Position numbers and translations under genes: made by a program. DNA of 64,000 nt from Syntrophomonadaceae bacterium (GTDB taxonomy: Bacteria > Bacteroidota > Ignavibacteria > Ignavibacteriales > SURF-24): assembly GCA_050259615.1 (NCBI GenBank), contig JBLNAZ010000082.1, forward strand, positions 23,374 to 87,373. Direction: 5' to 3'. Shown in pieces: positions 1-8,907 of this stretch (position 1 is its first letter; the number at the start of each line of letters is the position of its first letter). The notes under the pieces were generated by a model. It was not told where the DNA came from and did no database searches. It saw nothing but the letters and a program-made list of their open reading frames with translations.

Positions 1-1041
1 AGCCCCATTTACCGTGTAAACATCGAATCGGAAAAGATCGATAAGGTAACAGCTGATGAGTCTGTTGCATCTTTTGGCCTGGCTCCCGGATCGAAGTTTA
101 TTGTTTACAACAAAAGAACAGTTGAGAAACCGGGCGAGATCTTCAGTCTCGATCTGGCATCAAAAGAGGTAAAGGAACTGACAAATGCGAATAAGGAATT
201 CCTGGATGAGGTGGATGTAAGACCCGCTGAACAGATGTGGGTTAAGGGCGCAGACGGTAAGGAGGTTCACGTATTTATTGTTAAGCCTCATAACTTCGAC
301 CCGAATAAAAAGTATCCCCTTATCTTAAACGTCCACGGAGGCCCTCAGAGCCAGTGGATGGATGCCTTCAGGGGCGACTGGCAGGTTTATCCCGGCGCAG
401 GTTATGTGGTTGCTTTTGCAAATCCGCACGGATCTACAGGTTACGGGCAGGAATATACTCATGAGATCTCTGGCGATTACGGCGGCAAGGTATTTGAGGA
501 CATGATGAAGGTTACCGACGCCCTCGAGAGACTCCCTTATGTAGATAAAACCCGCATGGGGGCTATGGGCTGGTCGTACGGCGGCTATATGATGGACTGG
601 TTTGAAGGGCATACAAAACGCTTCAAATGCATCGCTTCAATGATGGGCCTGTATGATCTGAAGTCGTTCTATGGAACAACTGAGGAACTCTGGTTCCCGG
701 AGTATGACCAGAAGGGTCAGCCCTGGAATTCAAAGCTTTTTGAAAAATGGGACCCGTCGGCATATGTGAAGAATTTCGTTACTCCTGTACTTATTATTAC
801 AGGCGAAAGGGACTACAGGGTATCTTATACACAGAGCCTGGAGTTTTTTACTGCCCTTCAGAAAATGGGTATCGATTCACGCCTGATAGTCTTTTCTAAC
901 GACGGCCACTGGCCGAATAACGTAAAATCGATGCCGCTTTACTATAATGCACATCTGGACTGGTTCCATAAGTATCTGGGAGGCGAGGCCGCTCCTTACG
1001 ATATGACACTTATGATTAGGAACAGAGCATTTAATAAGTAG
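1..1041 (+). CDS. S9-family serine peptidase (prolyl oligopeptidase / dipeptidyl-peptidase type), catalytic C-terminal part; 5-prime end outside window
   Basis: Frame 1 is open from base 1 straight into tracked ORF 211..1041. The alpha/beta-hydrolase triad motifs are readable: GWSYGG (Ser), ITGERDYRV (Asp), SNDGHW (His). Confidence 0.9.
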   Translation, partial: SPIYRVNIESEKIDKVTADESVASFGLAPGSKFIVYNKRTVEKPGEIFSLDLASKEVKELTNANKEFLDEVDVRPAEQMWVKGADGKEVHVFIVKPHNFDPNKKYPLILNVHGGPQSQWMDAFRGDWQVYPGAGYVVAFANPHGSTGYGQEYTHEISGDYGGKVFEDMMKVTDALERLPYVDKTRMGAMGWSYGGYMMDWFEGHTKRFKCIASMMGLYDLKSFYGTTEELWFPEYDQKGQPWNSKLFEKWDPSAYVKNFVTPVLIITGERDYRVSYTQSLEFFTALQKMGIDSRLIVFSNDGHWPNNVKSMPLYYNAHLDWFHKYLGGEAAPYDMTLMIRNRAFNK

Positions 1042-1162
1042 TATGCGGTTAATTTAATGCTGTAAAAGAGCAGGAGAAATCCCGTGTCAGAGATATTCTG
1101 CTTGCTCTTTTTCCCCTTTTTATGTATATCATGTGTGAAAAAAGTTAAAACTGGTGGTAATT

Positions 1163-2776
1163 ATGGGTTTTCTAAAAGGAATGTTTTCCAAGAACGAATC
1201 GGAGAAGCTCATTAAGGCAGCCTCCGCAATGTATACTCAAGGCGACTATAAGGCCGCTGTTGAAACTTACAGTAAAGTTCTTGAAGCCGAGGACAAGAAT
1301 ATTCAGGCCCTTTATGGCAGAGGCTTATCCTACTTTTTTCTGGAAAACTTCAGCGGTGCTGCTGCCGATTTCGACGACGTTATACGGATTGACCCGAACT
1401 ATTCTGTTAAAGCCTATTATAACCGTGGTATGGCAAAAAGCGCACTGGGAGATACTGAAAGTGCCCTGAATGACTTTAATAAGTTTCTTTCCATCAACTC
1501 AAAAAGCGCACTTGCTTTATTTAAAAGAGGCGAAATAAGGGAAAACGCAGGAGATCTCCGGGGTGCCGAGGATGATTATTCGGCCGCATCTATACTGCAT
1601 GCCGATAATCCGGAGATTTTTTGCGCCATGGGCCGTGTAAAATATAAACTTAAAGACTTCAAAAAGGCCCTGCTGGATCTTAATAAGGCTGTTGAAATTA
1701 ACCCATCTCACGTAAACTCCTATTTCTTAAGAGGCAGAATTGAACTGGATATGGAATCTTACCCTGCAGCTATTGATGATTTCAAAAGAACAATTGAACT
1801 TAGACCTAAAAGCCCTGAAGCCCAGTATTATATAGCTCTTATTAAAAGAAAACAGGAAGATATTGCAGGCATGCTTTCTGCTCTGGATGAACTCTTTAAG
1901 ATGGACCCGGCATTCGCCAGAGGTTATGAACTCAGGGCATCCGTCAGGCTGGTTCAGAGGGATTTTGAGGGAGCTGAGAGCGACTTTACTCACATGATTG
2001 AATCTTCCTCTCAGGACTATTCTGCTTATATGAAAAGAGGGGATGTAAGAAGAATTCTGTTTGACTATGACGGGGCCAGGGAAGATTATATGAAAGCCCT
2101 TTCATTGAACTCCTCTTCTTATGAGATATTCTATAATCTTGGGCTCCTGGAAACCAACTTTAAGAATTATGAAAATGCCTTAAGCCATTTTATAAAAGCA
2201 ATTGAGCTGTGCCCTGACTCGGGGGATGCTTTTAACGGCAGGGGAGTTGTTAAGCACCGTATGAAGGATTATAACGGCGCCGTTAAGGATTTTACCAAGG
2301 CGCTGGAATTTAATCCTGAAAATTCAGAGTACTACCTGAACAGGGGAAATTCAAAAGCGGCGCTGCAGGATAACCATGGAGCCATCGGTGATTATACGAA
2401 AGCGCTTATGAATCCCAACTTTTCAGAGGCATTTATGGCGCGCGGAAGGATGAAATATACACTCAGCGATTACTACGGGGCGGTGCTGGATTTCAGTAAG
2501 GCAATCAATCTTGAGCCAAATGATCCCGCAAAATATTTTATCAGGGCAAATGCCAATAAAAACCTGGAAAACTACGCCGAAGCTATGGATGATCTCAACA
2601 GGGTTATCAACTTAAGTCCCAAATATGCAAAGGCTTATTTTCTGCGTGGTTTAATCTTCTATAATATGCGGAGCTACAAAAATGCTGTAAACGACTGGGA
2701 GACCACAATAAAGCTGGACGAATCTTTCAGCACTCAGCTGGCCAAGCTAATAGCGGAAGCAAAAGGAAAGCTGTAA
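1163..2776 (+). CDS. TPR-repeat protein
   Basis: Tracked ORF 1154..2776 starts at a GTG; I prefer ATG 1163, which follows a GGTGG. The protein is almost entirely 34-residue TPR-like repeats (recurring A..Y.RG....G....A..DF..AI.L.P pattern). A hairpin terminator follows. Confidence 0.85.
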   Translation: MGFLKGMFSKNESEKLIKAASAMYTQGDYKAAVETYSKVLEAEDKNIQALYGRGLSYFFLENFSGAAADFDDVIRIDPNYSVKAYYNRGMAKSALGDTESALNDFNKFLSINSKSALALFKRGEIRENAGDLRGAEDDYSAASILHADNPEIFCAMGRVKYKLKDFKKALLDLNKAVEINPSHVNSYFLRGRIELDMESYPAAIDDFKRTIELRPKSPEAQYYIALIKRKQEDIAGMLSALDELFKMDPAFARGYELRASVRLVQRDFEGAESDFTHMIESSSQDYSAYMKRGDVRRILFDYDGAREDYMKALSLNSSSYEIFYNLGLLETNFKNYENALSHFIKAIELCPDSGDAFNGRGVVKHRMKDYNGAVKDFTKALEFNPENSEYYLNRGNSKAALQDNHGAIGDYTKALMNPNFSEAFMARGRMKYTLSDYYGAVLDFSKAINLEPNDPAKYFIRANANKNLENYAEAMDDLNRVINLSPKYAKAYFLRGLIFYNMRSYKNAVNDWETTIKLDESFSTQLAKLIAEAKGKL

Positions 2777-2795
2777 TTAAGAATTTGGATGAAAA

Positions 2796-2828
2796 TAAAA
2801 AAGCCGGAGATAATCTCCGGCTTTTTTA
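2796..2828. terminator. bidirectional rho-independent terminator between convergent genes
   Basis: Stem GCCGGAGA (2802..2809) pairs with TCTCCGGC (2813..2820). It has an A-run upstream and a TTTTTT run downstream. Confidence 0.8.
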
Positions 2829-2853
2829 TTTCTCTTTTATTTCAGAAGTACTA

Positions 2854-3291
2854 TTAATAATTTCTGGTAGGAAGATGATAGGCCTTTATTTCTCCGTCTT
2901 CAGTTGAATGCAGTATCTGGAATTTGCTGACTGGTTTTACGCTTGCTTTCTTCTCCTGCATGGGTCTTCTTTCTGATACATTTCTTCTCTCGGGAACACT
3001 TCTTTCAGTATTTTGCGTTCTTTCGGAAACAAGCCTTCTTTCAGCAGAATCCTGCATTTCAGCAGCTGCAGCCATCCGCGGAGCCGCGGGCTTTTCAGCG
3101 GACGGGTAATATGCTGCCTGAAAAGCCGGCGAATAACCCGGCTGCACAAGATAAGGCGCATTAGATGTTCTGTTGTAAGGTTTATTTTTCGAAGATCTCA
3201 TTTTATATAATATGAATGATATAGTCAAAGCTGTTACACTCAATAATGAAAAGAGCCCCAGAGCCTTTTCAACTATCGGTAATAATCCCAT
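2854..3291 (-). CDS. hypothetical membrane-anchored protein with ERR/SER-rich low-complexity region
   Basis: 145-aa ORF with an N-terminal hydrophobic helix (LGLFSLLSVTALTISFILY), then repeated SERR/PERR-like segments. No family recognised. The overlapping small ORFs in other frames look like shadows. Confidence 0.55.
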   Translation of the reverse strand: MGLLPIVEKALGLFSLLSVTALTISFILYKMRSSKNKPYNRTSNAPYLVQPGYSPAFQAAYYPSAEKPAAPRMAAAAEMQDSAERRLVSERTQNTERSVPERRNVSERRPMQEKKASVKPVSKFQILHSTEDGEIKAYHLPTRNY

Positions 3292-3593
3292 TTTTCTACT
3301 CCTGTCAATTTTACATCTGTAATTTCAATTCCTGTGCCAATTGTGATATAGCGCAAAATCGAAGTTTTTATTTTTCAGTGTGGTTCCAAAATGAGATGTT
3401 ATATCAATTTGAGACAACTTCAGCCGGTCAATCTTCAGACAGAGGCATTCCTGCCGCTGATACCATAAGCATCGTGATCTAAACGAGTTAGGAAGCAATT
3501 TTTGTTGGATTTAATGAAAAAATTTAATAACTTACTGCACTTTAATAGAAAAATTGTTTGAAAAATAAACATGGTAATTTTTAAGGGCTGATA

Positions 3594-3905
3594 ATGACAA
3601 AGGCGGATATAGTAGAAAAAATAGCACTTGGGACGGGCGTTACGAAATTAGAGACTGAAGCTATTGTTGAAGGTTTCCTGAATACGGTTATAGAAGCTTT
3701 GAAAGAAGGAAAAGGAATTGAAATAAGAGGCTTCGGAAGCTACAAGGTTAGAAAGAAAAAAGCCCGTTTGGCCAGGAACCCCAAAACCGGAGAAAAAGTA
3801 TTCGTCGATGAGCATTATGTACCGAGCTTTAAGTTCTCCAAGGACTTTAAGGCAATTGTTGATAAAGGTTTAAAAGAAGAAACAAAGCTGGCTGTCAATA
3901 AATGA
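3594..3905 (+). CDS. HU/IHF-family nucleoid DNA-binding protein
   Basis: 103 aa with typical HU-fold sequence: MTKADIVEKIA..., GFGSYKVRKKKARLARNPKTGEKV beta-arm with the RNPxTGE signature. Its stop overlaps the next start (ATGA). Confidence 0.92.
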   Translation: MTKADIVEKIALGTGVTKLETEAIVEGFLNTVIEALKEGKGIEIRGFGSYKVRKKKARLARNPKTGEKVFVDEHYVPSFKFSKDFKAIVDKGLKEETKLAVNK

Positions 3906-4870
3906 GAAACTGCCCGAATTGTAATAATTCTCTTGATAAGGAATATAATTTCTGCCCTTCATGCGGATTTGACTTAAAGAGCATTCAGGAGAATAATTCC
4001 GGAATAGATGAAATTGAGGAATTAAAGAAGTATATTATTTGTGATGTATGCGGTGAGGAAGTTCCTGAAGGTTCGCAGTTATGCGGCTCATGCGGAGCTA
4101 AGATAACAGGAAACGAAAAGACTGTTGAAAAAAGGGTGGAAAAGCCCTCTGAGAAGCAGCCGGCTGTAGAAAAAAAGCCTGTTTCGAAAGAAAAAGCTGC
4201 GGTTCAAAAGCCTCAGAATAGCAAGCCCCAGGCGGCAGCTCAGAAAAAAGCTGCACCTAAAAAAGCTCCTCAGCAGATTCCCGCGGGCTCAGGTAAAAAG
4301 TTGAGTCCAATACAGCTGGGAGTAATGATAGCGGGATTTTTGGCTGTTGGTGTTTTAATAATGTGGGGAGCCGGGGTGTTCGGAGGAGGACATACTACTG
4401 ATTCAGAGCAGCAGCGCTCAGTAGAGCAGCCGCAGCAGTCAGTAAATCCGTCTGTGAACCTGGAGAATGTACAAAGGATAAACGAGCTTGAATCTGCGGT
4501 TAATAGAGACTCAACAAATCTTACAACAGTTTTGGAACTGGCTCACCTGTTAAACGATTCCGGCTTGAAAGAAAGGTCGGTTCCTTATTATCAGATGTAT
4601 TTAAGGGCGAACCCAAAAAATGCCGACGTTCAGGTGGATTTAGGAGTGGTTTATTACGAGATGCAGCAGTTTGATATGGCCAAAGCCAGAATGAGAAAGG
4701 GACTTGCATTGAATCCAAGGCATCAGATAGCTAATTTTAATATGGGAATTGTCAACCTTGGCGCCGGAAGCATTGACTCGGCAAAAATCTGGTGGAACAA
4801 GGCTGTTACAATAGATCCAACTTCAGAGATTGGAAAGAAAGCAAAAGAATTAATAGATTCACATAAATGA
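3902..4870 (+). CDS. double zinc-ribbon / single-pass membrane / TPR protein
   Basis: Two CxxC...CxxC pairs (CPNCNN..CPSCG and CDVCGE..CGSCG), a Lys/Pro/Ala/Gln-rich linker, one TM helix (LGVMIAGFLAVGVLIMWGAGVF) and C-terminal TPR-like repeats. 4-nt overlap with the HU-like gene. Confidence 0.8.
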   Translation: MRNCPNCNNSLDKEYNFCPSCGFDLKSIQENNSGIDEIEELKKYIICDVCGEEVPEGSQLCGSCGAKITGNEKTVEKRVEKPSEKQPAVEKKPVSKEKAAVQKPQNSKPQAAAQKKAAPKKAPQQIPAGSGKKLSPIQLGVMIAGFLAVGVLIMWGAGVFGGGHTTDSEQQRSVEQPQQSVNPSVNLENVQRINELESAVNRDSTNLTTVLELAHLLNDSGLKERSVPYYQMYLRANPKNADVQVDLGVVYYEMQQFDMAKARMRKGLALNPRHQIANFNMGIVNLGAGSIDSAKIWWNKAVTIDPTSEIGKKAKELIDSHK

Positions 4871-4885
4871 AAGAAGGAGGTTTAA

Positions 4886-4981
4886 ATGCCCTGCGGTAAA
4901 AAACGTAAACGCCATAAAATGGCAACGCACAAGCGTAAAAAAAGACTTAGGAAGAACAGACATAAGAAAAAATTAAGATAG
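4886..4981 (+). CDS. 31-aa highly basic small protein, bS22-like ribosomal protein candidate (not in ORF track)
   Basis: ATG 4886 is preceded by AAGGAGG ending 5 nt upstream. Translation is MPCGKKRKRHKMATHKRKKRLRKNRHKKKLR, with 21 of 31 residues K/R/H, and TAG at 4979..4981. It lies between an upstream operon and a tRNA. Confidence 0.6.
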   Translation: MPCGKKRKRHKMATHKRKKRLRKNRHKKKLR

Positions 4982-5052
4982 TATACTGGTGAAAAATGGA
5001 AGATTGAAGTTGCAAAGCCAATGTCTTCCATTTAGCATCTTATACAGGTCAG

Positions 5053-5125
<73 letters not shown>

Positions 5126-5152
5126 CGAGTATAAAATACTATTTAAGAATTT

Positions 5153-5183
5153 GCCCTGCAGCATTGTGCCGCGGGGCTTTTTT
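5153..5183 (+). terminator. rho-independent terminator after tRNA-Thr
   Basis: GCCCTGC (5153..5159) pairs with GCGGGGC (5171..5177) with one G-U pair, followed by TTTTTT (5178..5183). Confidence 0.65.
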
Positions 5184-5356
5184 GATTTTAAACGGCCTCA
5201 TGTTCTGCCGCTGTATAGCTTCTTTGAAAAAATATTTCAAAAAAATAAAAAATATTTTTTTATTTCACTCTTATTCGTTGCTATTATTTAATAATCTTCA
5301 TATCATAAAAATAGGGCGAAAATAGTGACCTTCTTTAAGGTGTTCGAGCGATAAGT

Positions 5357-6502
5357 TTGTCATATAATTCTTCAGAATCACCTGCCAATCAGAGAGAGGG
5401 AGACAATACGATGGATGATATTTCTGTAGAGTACATCAGTAGAAAGAATACGGTGCTAGATGTAGTACTGAACGGAATAGCAGACGGTGTCTATATTGTA
5501 GATGCTAAAAGAAAAATTATTTTCTGGAATGAGGGCGCTGAAAATCTCACCGGCTATAGGTCAGAAGAGGTCCTGGGCTACAGGTGCAGCGAGGACATAT
5601 TAAAACATATCGATGAAAACGGCGAGCCGCTGGGACTTGAAACCTGCCCGCTCGAATTGGCACTGTCGCAGGGCAAATCAACCAAGATTAAAATCTATCC
5701 GCAGCACAAAAACGGTAAACGATTCCCCGTTATGGCCCATATCTCTCCAATTAGAAATAAAGATGATGAAATAATTGCCGCCGTGGAGGTGTTCCGCGAT
5801 ATCTCAAAAGAAGAAGACCTGCGCATTCTGCAGGAGAAATTTAATAATATGATTAAACGCTACGTCTCTTATGCTACAGTTGAAAGGGTAATGGCCCAGG
5901 TTCTCTCGGGCAAGGATTCCAAATCAAGAAAAAGTGATCTTACGATCCTCTATCTGGACCTTGTGCAGTTTACCGCCCTATCTGAGAAGTATCCGCCTGA
6001 AGAGGTGGCGCAGAGGCTTAACGAGGTCTTCGGAATATGTGAAGCAGTTATTAAAGAATTTTACGGGGATATCGACAAGTTCATAGGGGATGCCCTGATG
6101 GCTGAATTTGTTGATGCCAACGACGCCGTTAAAGCAGCTGAAAAAATTCTTGTTTCACTTGTTTCACTTAACAGGCGTTATGTTATGGAGGGCAGGGAGG
6201 TAATTAACGTCAGAATTGCATTAAACAGCGGCAATGTGGTTCAGGCCGAAATCGGCACCCCTGCAAGAAAAGAACTCACCGTAATCGGAGACGTTGTAAA
6301 TACAACCGTCCGCATCGAAAAGCTGGCAACACCAAATACAGTTTTTATAACTGAATCCACACTCTCCCGACTGCAGGACAGCAAAGGATTCCTTTTTGAC
6401 AGAAGAATTCTGGTTAAAGGCAAAACCGAACCTGTTTCTATTTACTCTTTAGTGAAGGTTCCGCAATTGAGTAATGTTCCCGGCAATAACGTAAGAATCT
6501 AG
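5357..6502 (+). CDS. PAS-sensor class III adenylate cyclase
   Basis: N-terminal PAS-like region (GVYIVDAKRKIIFWNEGAENLTGY). The C-terminal cyclase homology domain has metal Asp residues (LYLDLVQFT, KFIGDALMAEF), adenine-type Lys/Asp (KFIGD, TVIGD) and a VN..R transition-state pair (GDVVNTTVRIE). The start is uncertain: tracked TTG 5357 or ATG 5411. Confidence 0.85.
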   Translation: MSYNSSESPANQREGDNTMDDISVEYISRKNTVLDVVLNGIADGVYIVDAKRKIIFWNEGAENLTGYRSEEVLGYRCSEDILKHIDENGEPLGLETCPLELALSQGKSTKIKIYPQHKNGKRFPVMAHISPIRNKDDEIIAAVEVFRDISKEEDLRILQEKFNNMIKRYVSYATVERVMAQVLSGKDSKSRKSDLTILYLDLVQFTALSEKYPPEEVAQRLNEVFGICEAVIKEFYGDIDKFIGDALMAEFVDANDAVKAAEKILVSLVSLNRRYVMEGREVINVRIALNSGNVVQAEIGTPARKELTVIGDVVNTTVRIEKLATPNTVFITESTLSRLQDSKGFLFDRRILVKGKTEPVSIYSLVKVPQLSNVPGNNVRI

Positions 6503-6532
6503 CATAAAATATTCATTCCTTATGAATTCTGC

Positions 6533-6562
6533 AGAGGCGCTATTTTAAGGCGCCTCTTTTTT
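6533..6562 (+). terminator. rho-independent terminator after cyclase gene
   Basis: AGAGGCGC (6533..6540) pairs with GCGCCTCT (6550..6557), followed by TTTTT. Confidence 0.8.
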
Positions 6563-6794
6563 CCCCCCTGCATCCCCACCTTAATAAATAAGAACGGAAA
6601 CAATGTAAGTACATTGGAAATAAAGGGTTAGGGCATTTTTTCGTCCCCATCGGGAGTGCTCAGATGTTTAATATTAGCCAACATTTCATGCCTGGCACCG
6701 GCATAATAGTTTGATTACAGCCTGAAATTAAAGAACCCACATGTGGCACCCGAGTTGTCTTATCCTAGGCACGATCAATTATATAAGGAATGAA

Positions 6795-8804
6795 ATGATG
6801 ACTAGTATTACGACTCGAGGCCTGGTTACAACACTGCTCCTCAGCTTGTTTACTCTGCAGATTTTTGCGCAGAGTAATAACAAATCTACATCAGCTAACG
6901 CTGCTGCAGCTTTGTTAGATGTTTACTCAATGCCCGCTACACTGCACCAGGAACTGACAGGAAAGAATACCCCGGCTACAATTACTCCGATTTCAAAGAT
7001 GTCAGTCCGCGTAGCAAGAGGCGAGTTTGAATCACTTTCGCTGTTTATTCAGCCCAAAGCCCAGATAAACAACATTAAGTTTAACTGGACAGACTTCAAA
7101 AACGGTTCAATGACTATTCCTGCAAACCGCATGGATGTTTCAATAGTTAAGGTTTGGTACCAGTCGGGCTACAAATCAGATATCGCCGAAACCGGCGTAA
7201 TTAAACACCTGACACAGGAAGTTCTTGTAAAAAATGACAACCTGATTAAAGTTGACTACTCTGCACAGACCAACTTACTTCTTTGTACAAAAAAGTCAGA
7301 CGGTACACAGTACTATCAGAATATCAGCGATCCTAATGGAACCTTCCCGACAAATGATGTAACTGTAAAGGATGCCGATACTCTTCAGCCCTTCTCACTA
7401 GATGGTACAACAAACAGACAGATCTGGATGACAGTTCACGTTCCTGACAATGCCCAGGCTGGCAAGTATACAACAACAATGACAGTTACAAGCGACCAGG
7501 GAACAGTAACATCTTTCCCGATCGAAATTGAAGTTTTGCCTTTCAATCTCGATCAGTCACGCCTGACATACAGCATTTATTACCATGGCTATGCTGATAA
7601 ATGGGTTGATGTGCCTTTCAATTACAACACGAAAAACCTTGATGAGTACAGAAAAGAAATGCAGGATCTTAAGGATCACGGCGTTCTCTATCCGACAACT
7701 TACCAGATCCTTAATAACCTCGACCTGGACCTCCAGATCAGGAAAGAAGTCGGTCTTCCTATGGATAAACTCTTCACACTCGGTCTTGGAACGGGTAATT
7801 CCACTTCTACTTCAGATCTGAACAACCTTAAGTCACAGGTTCAGCAGTGGAAAGATAAGATTGCACAGTACGGCGGTAAAGAACTTTATGTATATGGTAT
7901 TGATGAAGCCCGCGGTACACAGCTTACAAGCCAGAGAGCCGCATGGACCGCAGTCCACGATGCAGGTGCCAAGGTGTTCGTTGCCGGCTACTATGAAACA
8001 TTTGATTCAATGGGTGACATACTTGACGTAGCAAACATTCAGCAGGACCTCCGTCCCGACCAGGCTCAGAAGTATCACTCAAAAGGCAACAAGATATTCT
8101 CTTACTCCAACCCTCAGGTTGGGCAGGAAAACCCTGAACTCTACAGAAGAAACTACGGTCTTGCGCTCTGGAAAGCCGGTTATGATGGCGCTATGAACTA
8201 CGCATATCAGAAATTCTATAACAGTGAGTGGAACGATTTCGATAACTCACGCTACCGCGAAGAAACTTTTACATATGCTACAAGCAATGGCATCTTAGGC
8301 ACAATTGAATGGGACGGTTTCCGTGAAGGTGTTGATGACGTAAGATACCTCTCAACACTCTTAAACAAAATCGATTCACTGAAAAAAGCAGGCAAGGACG
8401 TTTCTACTGCTGAAGCTTTTGTAAACAGCATAGATCCCACCCAGGATATGGACCAGACAAGAAGCCAGATCATAGACCAGATCCTCAATCTTCAGGGTAC
8501 AACAACTACCGCAGTTGAGACTGTAAAATCAACAGCTCCAGGGGATTACAAGCTGGATCAGAACTATCCTAATCCGTTTAATCCTTCGACAAAGATCAGC
8601 TATACCATTCCGCAGAACTCAATGGTATCACTGAAAGTATTTGACATGCTGGGTAAGGAAGTGGCAACACTGGTCAATGAGCAGAAGGCGCCGGGCAGCT
8701 ATGAGGTAACTTTCGACGGAGCAAATCTTACAAGCGGTATGTACGTCTATGAACTGAAGACTAACAACTTCGTTCAGAATAAAAAAATGATGCTTGTGAA
8801 GTAA
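6795..8804 (+). CDS. secreted glycoside-hydrolase-like protein (DUF4091-like architecture) with T9SS C-terminal sorting domain
   Basis: ATG 6795 (AAGGA upstream) gives a signal peptide MMTSITTRGLVTTLLLSLFTLQIFAQ. The beta-sandwich region ending IEIEVLPFNLD resembles DUF4091/GH123-like proteins, from memory. The last ~85 aa (YKLDQNYPNPFNPSTKISYTIP...MYVYELK) form a Por_Secre_tail-type domain. Confidence 0.8.
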   Translation: MMTSITTRGLVTTLLLSLFTLQIFAQSNNKSTSANAAAALLDVYSMPATLHQELTGKNTPATITPISKMSVRVARGEFESLSLFIQPKAQINNIKFNWTDFKNGSMTIPANRMDVSIVKVWYQSGYKSDIAETGVIKHLTQEVLVKNDNLIKVDYSAQTNLLLCTKKSDGTQYYQNISDPNGTFPTNDVTVKDADTLQPFSLDGTTNRQIWMTVHVPDNAQAGKYTTTMTVTSDQGTVTSFPIEIEVLPFNLDQSRLTYSIYYHGYADKWVDVPFNYNTKNLDEYRKEMQDLKDHGVLYPTTYQILNNLDLDLQIRKEVGLPMDKLFTLGLGTGNSTSTSDLNNLKSQVQQWKDKIAQYGGKELYVYGIDEARGTQLTSQRAAWTAVHDAGAKVFVAGYYETFDSMGDILDVANIQQDLRPDQAQKYHSKGNKIFSYSNPQVGQENPELYRRNYGLALWKAGYDGAMNYAYQKFYNSEWNDFDNSRYREETFTYATSNGILGTIEWDGFREGVDDVRYLSTLLNKIDSLKKAGKDVSTAEAFVNSIDPTQDMDQTRSQIIDQILNLQGTTTTAVETVKSTAPGDYKLDQNYPNPFNPSTKISYTIPQNSMVSLKVFDMLGKEVATLVNEQKAPGSYEVTFDGANLTSGMYVYELKTNNFVQNKKMMLVK

Positions 8805-8827
8805 AACTGAAGCTAAAAGTTAATTAA

Positions 8828-8869
8828 AGCCTCGGCCGATAGAAATATCTGCTGAGGCTTTCTTGTTTT
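8828..8869. terminator. terminator hairpin between convergent genes
   Basis: AGCCTCGGC (8828..8836) pairs with GCTGAGGCT (8851..8859), 9 bp with one G-U pair, followed by TTCTTGTTTT. Confidence 0.6.
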
Positions 8870-8907
8870 AAATATTGCGAAGGGTATCAATAGTTTTCAG
8901 CTGAATT

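Noticed and set aside
3246-3482. 78-aa plus-strand ORF upstream of the HU-like gene
   Set aside because: It overlaps the 5-prime end of the minus-strand gene 2854..3291 and then runs through AT-rich intergenic DNA. It has no ribosome-binding site and no recognisable features.
5221-5265. AT-only repeat AAAAAATATTTC...AAAAAATATTTTTTT upstream of the cyclase gene, considered as a repeat element or operator
   Set aside because: It is low-complexity A/T sequence typical of promoter or UP-element regions. It has no second copy elsewhere in the window and no defined palindrome.
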